Source: Synechococcus sp.
GTDB lineage: Bacteria > Cyanobacteriota > Cyanobacteriia > Thermostichales > PCC-7336
Length of the DNA stretch: 61,014 nucleotides
Direction: 5' to 3'
Assembly (NCBI GenBank): GCA_051439425.1
Contig: JBFRWD010000059.1
Location: forward strand, 1 to 61,014
Positions within the stretch are counted from its first letter, which is position 1. Each line of letters starts with the position of its first letter. The notes under the pieces were generated by a model, which made no database searches, was not told the origin of the DNA, and saw nothing but the letters and a program-made list of their open reading frames with translations. Shown in pieces: positions 1-10,114 of this stretch. The translations under genes and the position numbers were made by a program.

Positions 1-1
1 C

Positions 2-1150
2 GTCACCGTCAACACCGATGGCACCTATACCTACACTCCGGATGCCAACTTTAACGGCACCGATTCCTTCACCTACACCATCACCGACATCGATGGCGAT
101 ACCTCTACTGCGACCGTTAACATCACTGTCAACAATGCTAACGATGCTCCCGACGCAGTAAATGACTCTGCCACTACTAGTGAGGATGTAGCAGTCAGTG
201 GCAATGTCTTGGATGGTTCCAATGGCGGTATTGATACCGATATTGATGAAGATAACCTCATCGTCATTTCAAATACCGATCCCTCCAACGGTTCAGCCAC
301 TGTTGCCAGCAATGGAACGTTTACCTATACGCCTAACGCAAACTTTGTGGGCACAGATACATTCACTTACACCATTTCTGATGGTAGAGGCGGTACCGAT
401 ACCGCTACTGTGGCGATCGCTGTAACTCCAGACTCTCCTAACAACAACGGTACTCCCGGTGATGATGTCGTTACCGGAGACCCAGGAGATGGCTCAATCA
501 ATCCCCTCAGCGATCCTGATGTTCTTAGAGGCTTTGAAGGGAATGACACGATCAGCAGTATTGGCAGCGATGACATCCTTGATGGTGGTCCTGGTAATGA
601 CTTAGTCACAGGGGGGAGTGGCAACGATCGCCTCATCGGTGGTTCGGGGAATGACACCTTACTTGGCGGGGCCGACAACGACCGCATCATTGCCGGATCG
701 GGGAATGACTACGCCCACGGTGGCAGTGGCGATGACAGAGTCTCTGGAGGAACTGGCAAAGATACGCTCTTTGGAGGTATCGGCAAAGATCGCTTGCTCG
801 GAGACGCAGGCAACGATCTGCTTCTGGGAGGTCGAGGTCGCGATACGTTGACCGGCGGCACTGGTAGAGACACGATGACTGGTGGAAGGGGAGAAACCGA
901 TATCTTCCGCTATACAAGCCGCAGCGAAGTTGGGGTTCGCGACATCATTACCGATTTTGAAGTAGCTCTCGATCGCATTCATCTGCGAGATGTAATCGGC
1001 AGCGGAGGAAGCTTTAACCGCAAAATTTCTCTTGCTCAGCGTGGAGCCAATACATTTGTCTCGGTGCGATTGGGTGGGACTAACTACCAGGTGGCGGAAT
1101 TGCTGAACGTCAACGCAGAAACGCTCGATAGCTCCAACTTCATTCTCTAG
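2..1150 (+). CDS. C-terminal part of a large secreted protein: Ig-like (Big_9/tandem-95 type) repeats plus RTX Ca-binding repeats; 5' end outside window
   Basis: Frame is open from base 2 ([29 protein letters not shown]...NDAPDAVND), with a second repeat ([23 protein letters not shown]), many GGxGxDxL nonamers and a T1SS-like tail (DIITDF...NFIL). Confidence 0.9.
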   Translation, partial: VTVNTDGTYTYTPDANFNGTDSFTYTITDIDGDTSTATVNITVNNANDAPDAVNDSATTSEDVAVSGNVLDGSNGGIDTDIDEDNLIVISNTDPSNGSATVASNGTFTYTPNANFVGTDTFTYTISDGRGGTDTATVAIAVTPDSPNNNGTPGDDVVTGDPGDGSINPLSDPDVLRGFEGNDTISSIGSDDILDGGPGNDLVTGGSGNDRLIGGSGNDTLLGGADNDRIIAGSGNDYAHGGSGDDRVSGGTGKDTLFGGIGKDRLLGDAGNDLLLGGRGRDTLTGGTGRDTMTGGRGETDIFRYTSRSEVGVRDIITDFEVALDRIHLRDVIGSGGSFNRKISLAQRGANTFVSVRLGGTNYQVAELLNVNAETLDSSNFIL

Positions 1151-1215
1151 AAAAACGTCAGTTCAACAGAACGATTGGAGTTGAATACTTCCTTCACAAT
1201 GCACGGGAACCATTA

Positions 1216-1281
1216 GGGTTTGAAGCTTTTTGCTCCTCTTCCCCAATACGGGAAAGGTGGGGGTGGGGGTTATCGAACTCA
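1216..1281. repeat. Dispersed REP-like palindromic repeat, copy 1
   Basis: gggtttgaag..tgctcctcttccccaatacgggaaaggtgggggtggggg ttatcgaactca resembles 18737..18804; lies between convergent genes. Confidence 0.65.
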
Positions 1282-1305
1282 GGGTGAAAAATGGCAGGGT
1301 CAGTA

Positions 1306-2049
1306 CTATTGGAACCAACGTCGAGCGAAAATCGGCAAAATCGAGAGCAAAGTTAGGGCCGTTAAGGCCAAACTAAACGACAAGCCCCCGCCTCCTTCCA
1401 GCATCTCTCGACCGGATAGCCCGACCCAGGTGTATAGAACAACACCCGGAATGATGCCGATCGCCGTCCCCAGCCCGTATTCCAGCAATGGGGTACGGGT
1501 CAAACCGAACAGAAAGTTCACCAGGTTAAATGGAGAAATGGGAAATAAGCGCACTGCCAAAATAAGCTTCATCGCATGGCGTTCGATGGATCGATTGAGG
1601 CCCAGCAGTAAAGGATGCTTGCCATAGCGAGCGATCGCCCAATCGTGAAATAAATATCTCGCGATTAAGAAAGCACAGATAGCACCGACTGACAATCCAA
1701 TGGCTGACCACACAGTTCCCCATAACAACCCAAATACAGCCCCGCCAACAACCGTCAGCACCGTACCGGGAATACCCAAACTAGTGGCCGCAATATTGAT
1801 CAGGACAAACAATGCAGGGGCCCATGGCCCTAGCATTTCTAGATCCATAACCAACTGCTCGTGATGCAGTCGCTCACCCAACGGAGAGACAAACAGAAGA
1901 ACCAATATCAGAAGAATAGCAATCGCCATCCACAGCCGAGGTCGCATGCACTGTCTGAGTAAGAATTGCAGAACATCTTCTAGTGCCGACGTCTTTCGCT
2001 TCTTTCGTACCCGCCTAGTTGTTGGTTTTGTCGGTGTAAGACGTGACAT
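1306..2049 (-). CDS. TVP38/TMEM64 (DedA/SNARE-associated) membrane protein
   Basis: GPWAPALFV..IPGTVLTVVGGAVFG and RLFPISPFNLVNFLFGLT motifs; start uncertain (ORF is open to 2148). Confidence 0.88.
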   Translation of the reverse strand: MSRLTPTKPTTRRVRKKRKTSALEDVLQFLLRQCMRPRLWMAIAILLILVLLFVSPLGERLHHEQLVMDLEMLGPWAPALFVLINIAATSLGIPGTVLTVVGGAVFGLLWGTVWSAIGLSVGAICAFLIARYLFHDWAIARYGKHPLLLGLNRSIERHAMKLILAVRLFPISPFNLVNFLFGLTRTPLLEYGLGTAIGIIPGVVLYTWVGLSGREMLEGGGGLSFSLALTALTLLSILPIFARRWFQ

Positions 2050-2166
2050 GACATCGTGCTTGCGTAAACGGCTATAACGCCAGGGAATAATAGAGCGCTC
2101 TCCCTCTAGCTTGCTAAATGCATCAATCAGTTTGATGGAATCCCCCATAGCAAGCCCGAATAAGCA

Positions 2167-3006
2167 CTAGGACGTCATCTCTTCCGTACCGAGTTTTGAA
2201 TTTAAGGCTTGACGAGCAATCTTGGTGACATACAGAGTCAAGGTCACAATCACAATGCCAAGTACGATTTGCACGGGAAGCGGAAGTGTTGGCCGCTCTC
2301 CCTGCTGAATGGCGGCTAAACCCAGCAGCGAGCCAAAATAAACATACATAATGGTTCCCGGCAGAATTCCTGTTGCGCCAATGATGTAGTCCTTGAGAGA
2401 AATTTTTGTGAGCGCCATGATGTAGTTGAGCAAGTTAAACGGAAAGCCCGGAGAGAGGCGAATCAAAAACATCAACTTGTAGCCTTCTTCGGCAATGGCA
2501 TTATCAATCGCCGAAAACTTGTCGTTACCTTCGATCTTTTTGGCTACCCAATCACGAGCTACATAACGTCCAATTAAAAAAGCAGCTGTTAGCCCAATCA
2601 TGGCTCCGACAAACACGTAAATAGAGCCTTGAACGATGCCGAAAATGGCACCTGCCCCCAATGTCAGTACCGATCCAGGAATAAAGGCAACAGTGGCAAT
2701 GATGTAGATGGCAATAAATGCGATCGGTCCCCAAGGCCCCAAACTGTCCACCCAATCTAGGGCACTTGAAAGCCACGATTGAATTGCGGCAAATGGAGCA
2801 AAACCACCACTGGAGCCATCCTGTGCAAATGCTGGTGTTATGAGAAACGGAAGCATTGCACCGGTCATGAGGAGGCTGAGGCGGATGTAGCGGAAAAGGT
2901 GAGTCGATCGATCTCTGTGAGTGCGCACAGTTCTTATCCTCAATTGGTTGATCCAGGTCATTAGTTCAGGGAAGCTAAGCTGTGAAATACTCGTAGGTCT
3001 CATCAT
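2167..3006 (-). CDS. TVP38/TMEM64 (DedA/SNARE-associated) membrane protein
   Basis: FIPGSVLTLGAGAIFG and RLSPGFPFNLLNY motifs; true start may be downstream. Confidence 0.9.
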   Translation of the reverse strand: MMRPTSISQLSFPELMTWINQLRIRTVRTHRDRSTHLFRYIRLSLLMTGAMLPFLITPAFAQDGSSGGFAPFAAIQSWLSSALDWVDSLGPWGPIAFIAIYIIATVAFIPGSVLTLGAGAIFGIVQGSIYVFVGAMIGLTAAFLIGRYVARDWVAKKIEGNDKFSAIDNAIAEEGYKLMFLIRLSPGFPFNLLNYIMALTKISLKDYIIGATGILPGTIMYVYFGSLLGLAAIQQGERPTLPLPVQIVLGIVIVTLTLYVTKIARQALNSKLGTEEMTS

Positions 3007-3490
3007 GGTGGAACAAGCTGAATTTATCGGTGGCTGGATGTGAGGAAATTCTCAGACCGCCGCCGCGATTGATGTAGGTTTCGCCAGTCGAAGTTCGAAG
3101 CATTCAAATCGAATACACATCAGTCCTTCGCTTCTTTCAGTCCGATCTCGAGGTTGACACGATATCAGGGACATCTAAGCACCCGAAGCTTTCCGTATCT
3201 AATCTCGATCTGCGAGCTCCTGTATGAGTTTCAGCTTAAAAAATGGCCAGCGCAGGGCTTATCTCAACCCGCTCCCGTACTTGAGGTCAATTCTTAACGT
3301 GTCATAACACCTTAGTTATTGGACCTTTAATCTTCAGATAATCTGATATCCTTACCAGTGCTTGTTACTGGTAAAGTCATTGCCAGTAAGCTCGATATTG
3401 CGAGCAGGCCCGGTATCTATGACAGGCTTAGCACTGCAGGTAGTTGTCGCGATCGCGATGCTTCCCCCCCCCTCTCTACCTCTCTAGCAC

Positions 3491-4675
3491 TTGAGGAAAT
3501 CCGAAGTGAAGTTGGCGACCCGCGTCAAAAATCTCACGCCATCCATGACGCTGGCTATTGCGTCCAAGGCAAAAGCACTGAAAGCTGCAGGGATCGATAT
3601 TTGTGGCTTCGGGGCAGGAGAACCTGACTTCGACACCCCGCTACACATTCGCGAAGCCTCGATTCAAGCCTTGAAAGACGGACATACTCACTACGGTCCA
3701 GTGGCAGGAATGCCAGCACTGAGGGAGGCGATCGCCAACAAGCTCTCTGGTGAAAATGGCTTGCCATTCGTTCCCGAACAGATCGTCATTAGCAATGGGG
3801 GCAAACAAACTCTCTTTAACCTGGCAATGGCAATGCTCGAACCAGGAGATGAAGTGATTCTGCCCGCCCCCTTCTGGCTCAGTTATCCAGAAATGGTAAC
3901 GCTGGCCGGGGCAACATCGGTCAAAGTGTCTACCAGCGAATCTAGCAGATTCAAACTCTCTCCCGAGCAACTCAAAGCAGCCATCACCCCCAAGACTAAG
4001 CTGCTTGTCCTAACCTCCCCATCCAATCCAACCGGGGCTGTCTACAGCCGAGAAGAACTAGAGGCACTTGCCGAGATTATTGTTGCCAATGACATCTACG
4101 TCGTCTCGGACGAAATCTACGAGAAGCTGATTTACGATGGCGGCCACCATGTCAGTATTGGTAGCCTTGGCCCCGACATTTTTGCCCGCACCATTCTCAG
4201 TAGTGGGTTTGCCAAAGCCTATGCCATGACCGGCTGGCGGATTGGATACTTGGCTGGGCCGTTGGAACTGATGAAGGCAGTGTCTTCCATTCAAGGACAC
4301 AGCACATCAAATGTTTGCTCCTTTGCCCAGTACGGTGCATTGGCCGCACTCAGCAGTCCTGAGTCAGAGCCAGCCGTGGCATCAATGCGAGAGACATTTG
4401 CTGAGCGCCGCGAGGTCATGTACGAAGGGCTCACCTCCATTCCGGGGGTAACCTGCGCCAAGCCCAACGGGGCGTTTTATATGTTCCCGAACATTAGTTG
4501 TGCAGGACTGGGCTCGATCGAATTTTGCGATCGCCTACTTGAAGACCAAAACGTCGCAGTTGTTCCTGGCATTGCCTTCGGAGCAGAGGGTCATATCCGC
4601 ATGTCCTACGCCACCGATATGGACACAATCCAAAAGGGAATCGCCAGAATACAGGCCTTTGTCGAGTCTGTTTAA
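3491..4675 (+). CDS. aspC: PLP-dependent class I aminotransferase (aspartate aminotransferase type)
   Basis: GEPDFDTP, SPSNPTG, SDEIYE, GFAKAYAMTGWRIGY; start may be GTG at 3506. Confidence 0.88.
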   Translation: MRKSEVKLATRVKNLTPSMTLAIASKAKALKAAGIDICGFGAGEPDFDTPLHIREASIQALKDGHTHYGPVAGMPALREAIANKLSGENGLPFVPEQIVISNGGKQTLFNLAMAMLEPGDEVILPAPFWLSYPEMVTLAGATSVKVSTSESSRFKLSPEQLKAAITPKTKLLVLTSPSNPTGAVYSREELEALAEIIVANDIYVVSDEIYEKLIYDGGHHVSIGSLGPDIFARTILSSGFAKAYAMTGWRIGYLAGPLELMKAVSSIQGHSTSNVCSFAQYGALAALSSPESEPAVASMRETFAERREVMYEGLTSIPGVTCAKPNGAFYMFPNISCAGLGSIEFCDRLLEDQNVAVVPGIAFGAEGHIRMSYATDMDTIQKGIARIQAFVESV

Positions 4676-4693
4676 GGACAGATGGAACCTAAG

Positions 4694-5386
4694 TTACAGC
4701 TTCACCAATCCATACGTAATTGCATACCGAACGAGTTCGGTGCGGCTATTGGTGCCAGTTTTGTTCAGCAGTCGGGTGACGTACTTTTCGACATTACGGA
4801 TACTGGTTTCTAGCTTGCGGGCAATTTCCTTATTCATCAGCCCTTCTGATACCAAATCCAGGACTTCTTCCTCTCTAGGAGTTAATTGCACTTTGATGGG
4901 GGGAGGCTCTGGTGTGAACTGGGCAGGTTGACTAGCGGCCGCAGACTGCTGTTCTGCCAACAATTTTTTGATTTCCGCCAGTTCGCGAGCAACTGTGGCG
5001 TTATCGGGATTATTACGAGATTTCTCCAATAGGTTGGTGGCGATCGCTACCAGTTCATCCGGGTCAAAAGGTTTCGGCAAATAAGCATCCACCCCGGCGC
5101 TATAGCCCTGAATGCGATCGGTCGTGAGTCCTTTTGCCGTCAAAAAAATAAACGGAACGTGCTTGTACGCCTCCTGACTGCGCACCTGTTTGAGAAAGGC
5201 ATACCCATCTACGCGGGGCATCATAATGTCCGAAATAATCAGTTCGGGAGGATTCTCTGTCAGCTTCTTCAGGCCAATTTGGGCGTTGGCAGCCACATCC
5301 ACCGTAAACCCGCTCTCTTCCAAATACGCCTGAACAGCATCCCGCAATCCGGGCTCGTCATCTACCAGCAATACTCGACCTGTCAT
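4694..5386 (-). CDS. rre1: NarL/LuxR response regulator, Rre1/Ycf29 family
   Basis: LLVDDEPGLRDAVQAYL, ISDIMMP, FLTAKGLTTDRIQGYSAGVDAYLPKPFDPDELVA; LuxR HTH LTPREEEVL..GLMNKEIARKLETSIRNVEKYV. Confidence 0.85.
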   Translation of the reverse strand: MTGRVLLVDDEPGLRDAVQAYLEESGFTVDVAANAQIGLKKLTENPPELIISDIMMPRVDGYAFLKQVRSQEAYKHVPFIFLTAKGLTTDRIQGYSAGVDAYLPKPFDPDELVAIATNLLEKSRNNPDNATVARELAEIKKLLAEQQSAAASQPAQFTPEPPPIKVQLTPREEEVLDLVSEGLMNKEIARKLETSIRNVEKYVTRLLNKTGTNSRTELVRYAITYGLVKL

Positions 5387-5442
5387 TGTTCTTCTCCTGA
5401 CTCTCTGATTCGTTACAACTCATCTCTCTAACGTCGAAATGC

Positions 5443-6162
5443 CTATCCCGAGCGTTCCGCCAGTTTTGATAAGGGTAGTCGAATCGTAAACTCGGTTCCC
5501 TGCCCCAGCACACTGTCTACAGTCAATTCTCCTCCCATACCGGTGACTAAATCTTGAGCGATCGCCAATCCTAACCCATGACCGGGGCGCTCCCCCTCCA
5601 CGCGGAAATGACGTTGAAAAATTTGCGACACATCCGTTGGCGCGATCCCCGGCCCCGTATCCTTTACCCGTAAGGCAACGGTATCTCCCTCTTCTACTGC
5701 CGCGATCGCTACCGTCCCACCCACAGGTGTGTACTTGAGAGCATTGTCCATCAAGTTATCGATTGCCTCTCGCAACCCAAGCGGGCTTGGATCGACTGTG
5801 GTGGTGGGACTGAGGGAATCATCAAGTAACGCCTCGATCCCGCGCTCTGCAGCCAAGGTTGCATATGTGGGCCACAAGTCTTTCACAAAGGATTTGAGGG
5901 ACAATCTCGCAGCCGATTCATGCCCCGATTCATCCTCGGCAAACTGAGAATTATCGCCTTTCTCAAAGCGATCGAGCAGCGATCTCATGTGTAGGCATTC
6001 CTGAGCAATTCGCTCCACAATCCAGCCGTTGGGATCGTCTGGCGGACGACGTTTGTCCAATAATTTGGCAAATGTCGTAATAGCTGTCAGAGGATTCCGC
6101 AACTGATGCAGTAGCGTTTCGATGCGTTCGCTATCGGTGTTTGGAGAGTGTAAGTCTGGCAT
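5443..6162 (-). CDS. hik2: Histidine kinase, Hik2/CSK-like, with no N-terminal sensor domain
   Basis: H-box LLHQLRNPLTAITTFAKLL typical of Hik2; intact N (NLMDNALKYT), G1 (DTGPGI) and G2 (GHGLGLAI) boxes; alternative TTG start at 6225. Confidence 0.75.
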   Translation of the reverse strand: MPDLHSPNTDSERIETLLHQLRNPLTAITTFAKLLDKRRPPDDPNGWIVERIAQECLHMRSLLDRFEKGDNSQFAEDESGHESAARLSLKSFVKDLWPTYATLAAERGIEALLDDSLSPTTTVDPSPLGLREAIDNLMDNALKYTPVGGTVAIAAVEEGDTVALRVKDTGPGIAPTDVSQIFQRHFRVEGERPGHGLGLAIAQDLVTGMGGELTVDSVLGQGTEFTIRLPLSKLAERSG

Positions 6163-6226
6163 CGATGAAGTGGAAGCTCGGCAAGAAACAGACAAAGGAG
6201 GAAAAGAGCGGTGCAAGTGGGTCAAA

Positions 6227-7720
6227 CTAACCGGGCTTCTCGTGATGCTGGGGCAAGTAAATTGTCAGGATTTCTCCGCAATCGGGTTGCTGGCGCACGG
6301 TAAACTTGGCTCCCAAGGCTGTGAAAAGCTGCTGAGTCATAGACGTACTCAGGCTCAGTGCCCCGGTTTCAGGCTGTACAACCAGCAGTTTCCCCAAGGC
6401 TCTTAATGGGGTAGTAGCTTGGCTATCACCACAGTCAAAATCCTCGTTATTCACCTGAAACTGCAACTTTACTTGCTCGCCAGCTTGAACGATCTTGGCC
6501 ACGATATGGCTACCCGCTGGGGCCCCGCGAGAAATGCGATCGATCACTCCGGTCAGCATGGCATCTAACGTATTGGGATCGCTGACAATGGCCGGTGAAT
6601 TCTTTGGAATATCCAGCTCGAATGTCGATCCTCGCCGTTCGACATGCTGAGTCCAGCGGGGTTGGTTAGCCTGCAGTAGCTCAGTTAGCGATGTAGCCTG
6701 CAGCCGAATGTTGTCCGGATCAAGCTCGGTCGCGCGGAAAAACAACCCAAACCGATCGATTTGTTCGGTACATTCCCGCTCGATATTTTCGACGTATCTG
6801 CGACACAGAGGAGTGAGATCGTTCCGTCGCAATAGTAAACGAGTCAACGTACGAATGGTTGCCAACGGAGTCTGAACTTCGTGCGCGATTGCTCGCAAAA
6901 ACTCCGATTCAGACAGAGGCTCCGATGGAGTACTCTCCGACTTCGGTTCTCGCACCTTCGATCCATCGGGAAACGAGCGATCCCCATCACGGCGTTCCTC
7001 TCCAGCAGGAATTCGCACTTGTAGGCTTTCATCCGCCAACTCCAGCGATGAAGGCATGAGAAATAGCTGCCGCTCGGGATGATTTTCCGGCATCGGTAGG
7101 CGATCGTGTGCTGACATCATCAACAGTGAGCTGAAGCGCGACAGCACCCGATAATCCGGTGGCAGTAGCGGATAATCTTCCAACACCGCATCCCATAAAT
7201 CGACAGAATCCTGACGAACTGCCTGGACTCGCGTGCGTAAGGCCCGCCACACCCTCCGAATAACTTGAGGCTCGAACGAAAATGTCACCCCTCGATCGCC
7301 GGTTTCTGGATGGGTAGCTTTGAGGGCGATCGCGCTAAACGCGGAAGTAATAACGGCAAAAAACTGTTCATCTTTAAGGGAATCGCGCGGCATTACCGGT
7401 ACCACAATCTGGTTGGGCTGCGACAAGTTACCCACTGACAAGTTCGATGTAAATAGCCACCGCTGACCAGGCAGGATATCGCGCTCGTCCTCTCGCTCTC
7501 GTTCTGACTGCTGCCGAATGGGCTGTCCCGGATCGTATAATGGCCACCAAATCACCGGACAGCTAGCTCCAACCCCCATGCTGCCGATATCTCGCCACAG
7601 TTGCTGCATGGCGGCGATCGTTTGTTTCCAGGCAGAATCTTCGGTTCCAGACAGCCATTCCGGCGTCGGAGATCCCGTCCAGATTGCGTCTGTCAGTGAA
7701 GGGTAAAACCGGCTACTCAC
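6227..7720 (-). CDS. hik34: Atypical histidine kinase, Hik34-like, with degenerate ATP-binding domain
   Basis: HEVQTPLATIRTLTRLLLRR, ECTEQIDRFGLFFRATEL, RALGKLLVVQPETGALSL..EILTIYL; no N/G1/G2 boxes. Confidence 0.75.
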   Translation of the reverse strand: MSSRFYPSLTDAIWTGSPTPEWLSGTEDSAWKQTIAAMQQLWRDIGSMGVGASCPVIWWPLYDPGQPIRQQSEREREDERDILPGQRWLFTSNLSVGNLSQPNQIVVPVMPRDSLKDEQFFAVITSAFSAIALKATHPETGDRGVTFSFEPQVIRRVWRALRTRVQAVRQDSVDLWDAVLEDYPLLPPDYRVLSRFSSLLMMSAHDRLPMPENHPERQLFLMPSSLELADESLQVRIPAGEERRDGDRSFPDGSKVREPKSESTPSEPLSESEFLRAIAHEVQTPLATIRTLTRLLLRRNDLTPLCRRYVENIERECTEQIDRFGLFFRATELDPDNIRLQATSLTELLQANQPRWTQHVERRGSTFELDIPKNSPAIVSDPNTLDAMLTGVIDRISRGAPAGSHIVAKIVQAGEQVKLQFQVNNEDFDCGDSQATTPLRALGKLLVVQPETGALSLSTSMTQQLFTALGAKFTVRQQPDCGEILTIYLPQHHEKPG

Positions 7721-7824
7721 ACAAGGCGTCTCTACAGTGACCCACTAGCCAGTCTATTAAGATCGATCGGCTTACACTAGGGGGAACCCGAACTGAAGCA
7801 GCGCGATCGCCGTCAAGAATTTGA

Positions 7825-7907
7825 TCATTGGTCACTGGTCATTGGTCTTGAGCAACAGACTTGCAATAAATCGCCAAGGACGAAGGACTAAGGAACCAAG
7901 GACAAAT
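7825..7907. repeat. STRR-like heptamer tandem repeats
   Basis: tcattgg-tcactgg-tcattgg (7825..7845) and caaggac-gaaggac-taagga..caaggac (7875..7903) between dnaB and hik34. Confidence 0.6.
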
Positions 7908-7950
7908 CCCCCCAATCCTCAGAAAACTGCTGTTAGCCCTGCTGGGTACA

Positions 7951-9330
7951 CTAATTTTGATTCACCGCCAAATTGCGGAACTGGGTGTATTGATTCTCGA
8001 ACAGAAGCTTGACTGTACCGGTAGGACCATTTCGGTGTTTGACGATAATGACTTCCGCCAGCCCCTTATCCAGCGTGCCGGGATCGTAATACTCGTCGCG
8101 ATATAGCATCAGAACGAGGTCGGCATCTTGTTCAATACTGCCCGATTCGCGCAAGTCCGACAGTTGAGGGCGCTTGTCAGATCGGGATTCAACAGCACGG
8201 CTGAGCTGGGAGAGAACAACAACCGGAGCATTGAGTTCTTTTGCCAGAGCTTTCAGACCGCGAGTAATCCGAGCTAATTCCAACACGCGGTTATCGGAGC
8301 CCGAGCCTTCCATGAGCTGCAGGTAGTCCAGCAGGATCATACCCAATGCCCCGCCCTGTTCCGCCTGAAGGCGACGGGCCTTGGAACGGATTTCAGTCAC
8401 CGTTGCATTGGCAGTGTCGTCGATAAAGATGGGTAGCTCAGACAGGTTGCCAATTGATTGGCTGAGTCGCTGCCACTCGTGCTCGCTAATCCGTCCAGAT
8501 CGCAACCGATGACTTTCAATTTTGGCCTCGCTGGCCAGCAAGCGCTGCACCAGCTGCTCCCGCGACATTTCCAAGCTAAATACGGCTACAGGCAGCTTGG
8601 TTTGGGCGGCAATATTGTGAGCCATGTTCAGGCAAATAGCGGTCTTTCCCATCGACGGTCTACCCGCCACAATCACAAGGTCAGATCGCTGCAATCCTTG
8701 AGTTTTACTATCCAGATCGTAGAAGCCGGTTGGAATTCCGGGTAAGGCATCCTTCTGTAAGGACTTCTCTTCTAGCTCGGCAAAAATATTCAGTAGAATA
8801 TCGGACGCTGGCACCAGTGCCTTCTTGACTCGATCTTGCGTGACCTCGAACATTTCCTGTTCGATACGGTCGAGCACCTGGGGAATCTCAATGCTGGCGT
8901 CGTATGCAATGCCGGAGGCCCGATTGCTAGCGCGAATCAATTGGCGACGGACATACTTGTCCAACACCAGCTTGGCGTATTGGTCGATGTTAATACTGCT
9001 GGGGGTCTGTTCGACCAGTTGACGCAGCGTACTCGTACCACCAATTTTGTCTAGCAGTTCGCGGTCGTCCAACCACGCTGACACGCTGGTCAGATCGGTG
9101 GGCCGCCCTTGAGAGGCGAGCAACATAGCCGCCCGATAGATTTCTTGGTGAGCAGTTAGATAGAACGCCTCGGGTTTCAGAGTTTCTGCAACACGGGCAA
9201 TGGCATCCGGATCCATCAGGATGCCACCCAATATTTCAGTTTCCGCTTCGATATTCTGAGGAGGCAGGCGATCGCCCACCTCGTTATTCATCTCGAATTT
9301 TGTGACCACAGCAGAACTGGATAGAGCCAA
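7951..9330 (-). CDS. dnaB: Replicative DNA helicase (no intein)
   Basis: RLPPQNIEAE, AGRPSMGKT, LDYLQLM, SQLSRAVESRSDKRPQLSDLRESGSIEQDAD. Confidence 0.97.
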   Translation of the reverse strand: MALSSSAVVTKFEMNNEVGDRLPPQNIEAETEILGGILMDPDAIARVAETLKPEAFYLTAHQEIYRAAMLLASQGRPTDLTSVSAWLDDRELLDKIGGTSTLRQLVEQTPSSINIDQYAKLVLDKYVRRQLIRASNRASGIAYDASIEIPQVLDRIEQEMFEVTQDRVKKALVPASDILLNIFAELEEKSLQKDALPGIPTGFYDLDSKTQGLQRSDLVIVAGRPSMGKTAICLNMAHNIAAQTKLPVAVFSLEMSREQLVQRLLASEAKIESHRLRSGRISEHEWQRLSQSIGNLSELPIFIDDTANATVTEIRSKARRLQAEQGGALGMILLDYLQLMEGSGSDNRVLELARITRGLKALAKELNAPVVVLSQLSRAVESRSDKRPQLSDLRESGSIEQDADLVLMLYRDEYYDPGTLDKGLAEVIIVKHRNGPTGTVKLLFENQYTQFRNLAVNQN

Positions 9331-9436
9331 CAGCTAGAGTCTGCAAGGCTTACTTTGATGAATGTTTTCCCCAATCTCGACTTTGCAGTCAGTCTTTGAA
9401 GAATAGTTGATCCATCAGTTCCGCCCCGCCCGAACA

Positions 9437-9898
9437 CTAGGCAGGATTTACCTGCAGTCGAATCGTAGCAGTCACTTCAGGGTGCAGCTTAATTTCTACC
9501 GGATATTCACCAGTTTGCTTGATGTCATCCACATGGATATTGCGGCGGTCGACCTCTTGGCCACTAGCCTGCTTAATAACGTCGGCAATATCTTGGTTGG
9601 TGACTGTGCCGAAGATGGCATCCCCTTCGCCAACTTTCACTTGAACCACAAAGTTGTTGATGATTTCAAGCGCAGTTTTCTTGCTATCGGCCAACTGCTT
9701 CTCTTCAAGCTTGCGCTGCTCTTCTTGGGCACGACGCAATTGAACAGTTTTGAACACGCCTGGGGTCATACGCTCCGCCAGTCCTTGCGGGAAAAGGTAG
9801 TTACGGGCATAACCGGGAGTCACGCCGACGACGTCACCGGCCTTGCCAAGTTTGGAGACCTCTTGGCGCAGAACCACCTGCATGTTTTTCTTAGCCAT
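9437..9898 (-). CDS. rplI: 50S ribosomal protein L9
   Basis: LGKAGDVVGVTPGYARNYLFPQG, IFGTVT; directly upstream of dnaB. Confidence 0.97.
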   Translation of the reverse strand: MAKKNMQVVLRQEVSKLGKAGDVVGVTPGYARNYLFPQGLAERMTPGVFKTVQLRRAQEEQRKLEEKQLADSKKTALEIINNFVVQVKVGEGDAIFGTVTNQDIADVIKQASGQEVDRRNIHVDDIKQTGEYPVEIKLHPEVTATIRLQVNPA

Positions 9899-10114
9899 GA
9901 TGCTTGCTGATGTTGTTTTAATTTTGCCCAGGCTCTCTAGTATAGGGGAAATTAGCCACTACGAACCCTGGTAATGGCATGCTTGGTCTCTGGATGCGAT
10001 CGACTCGGCAAAGATATGGCATTCAGCTATGTGGACATGCTGTCGGTTTTCAAGACCTGTCGACTTCACTAAATTCCTGACTTGCTGATGCTGGCGAGTC
10101 ATTCAGGCAGATTG

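Noticed and set aside
1306..3006. Tandem TVP38/TMEM64 paralogues
   Set aside because: Tandem pairs of this family are common in cyanobacteria
7825..7907. Short repeats as a possible CRISPR array
   Set aside because: Heptamer tandem repeats without spacers; no cas genes in the window
7951..9330. Possible DnaB intein
   Set aside because: 459 aa with a continuous RESGSIEQDAD motif; no insertion
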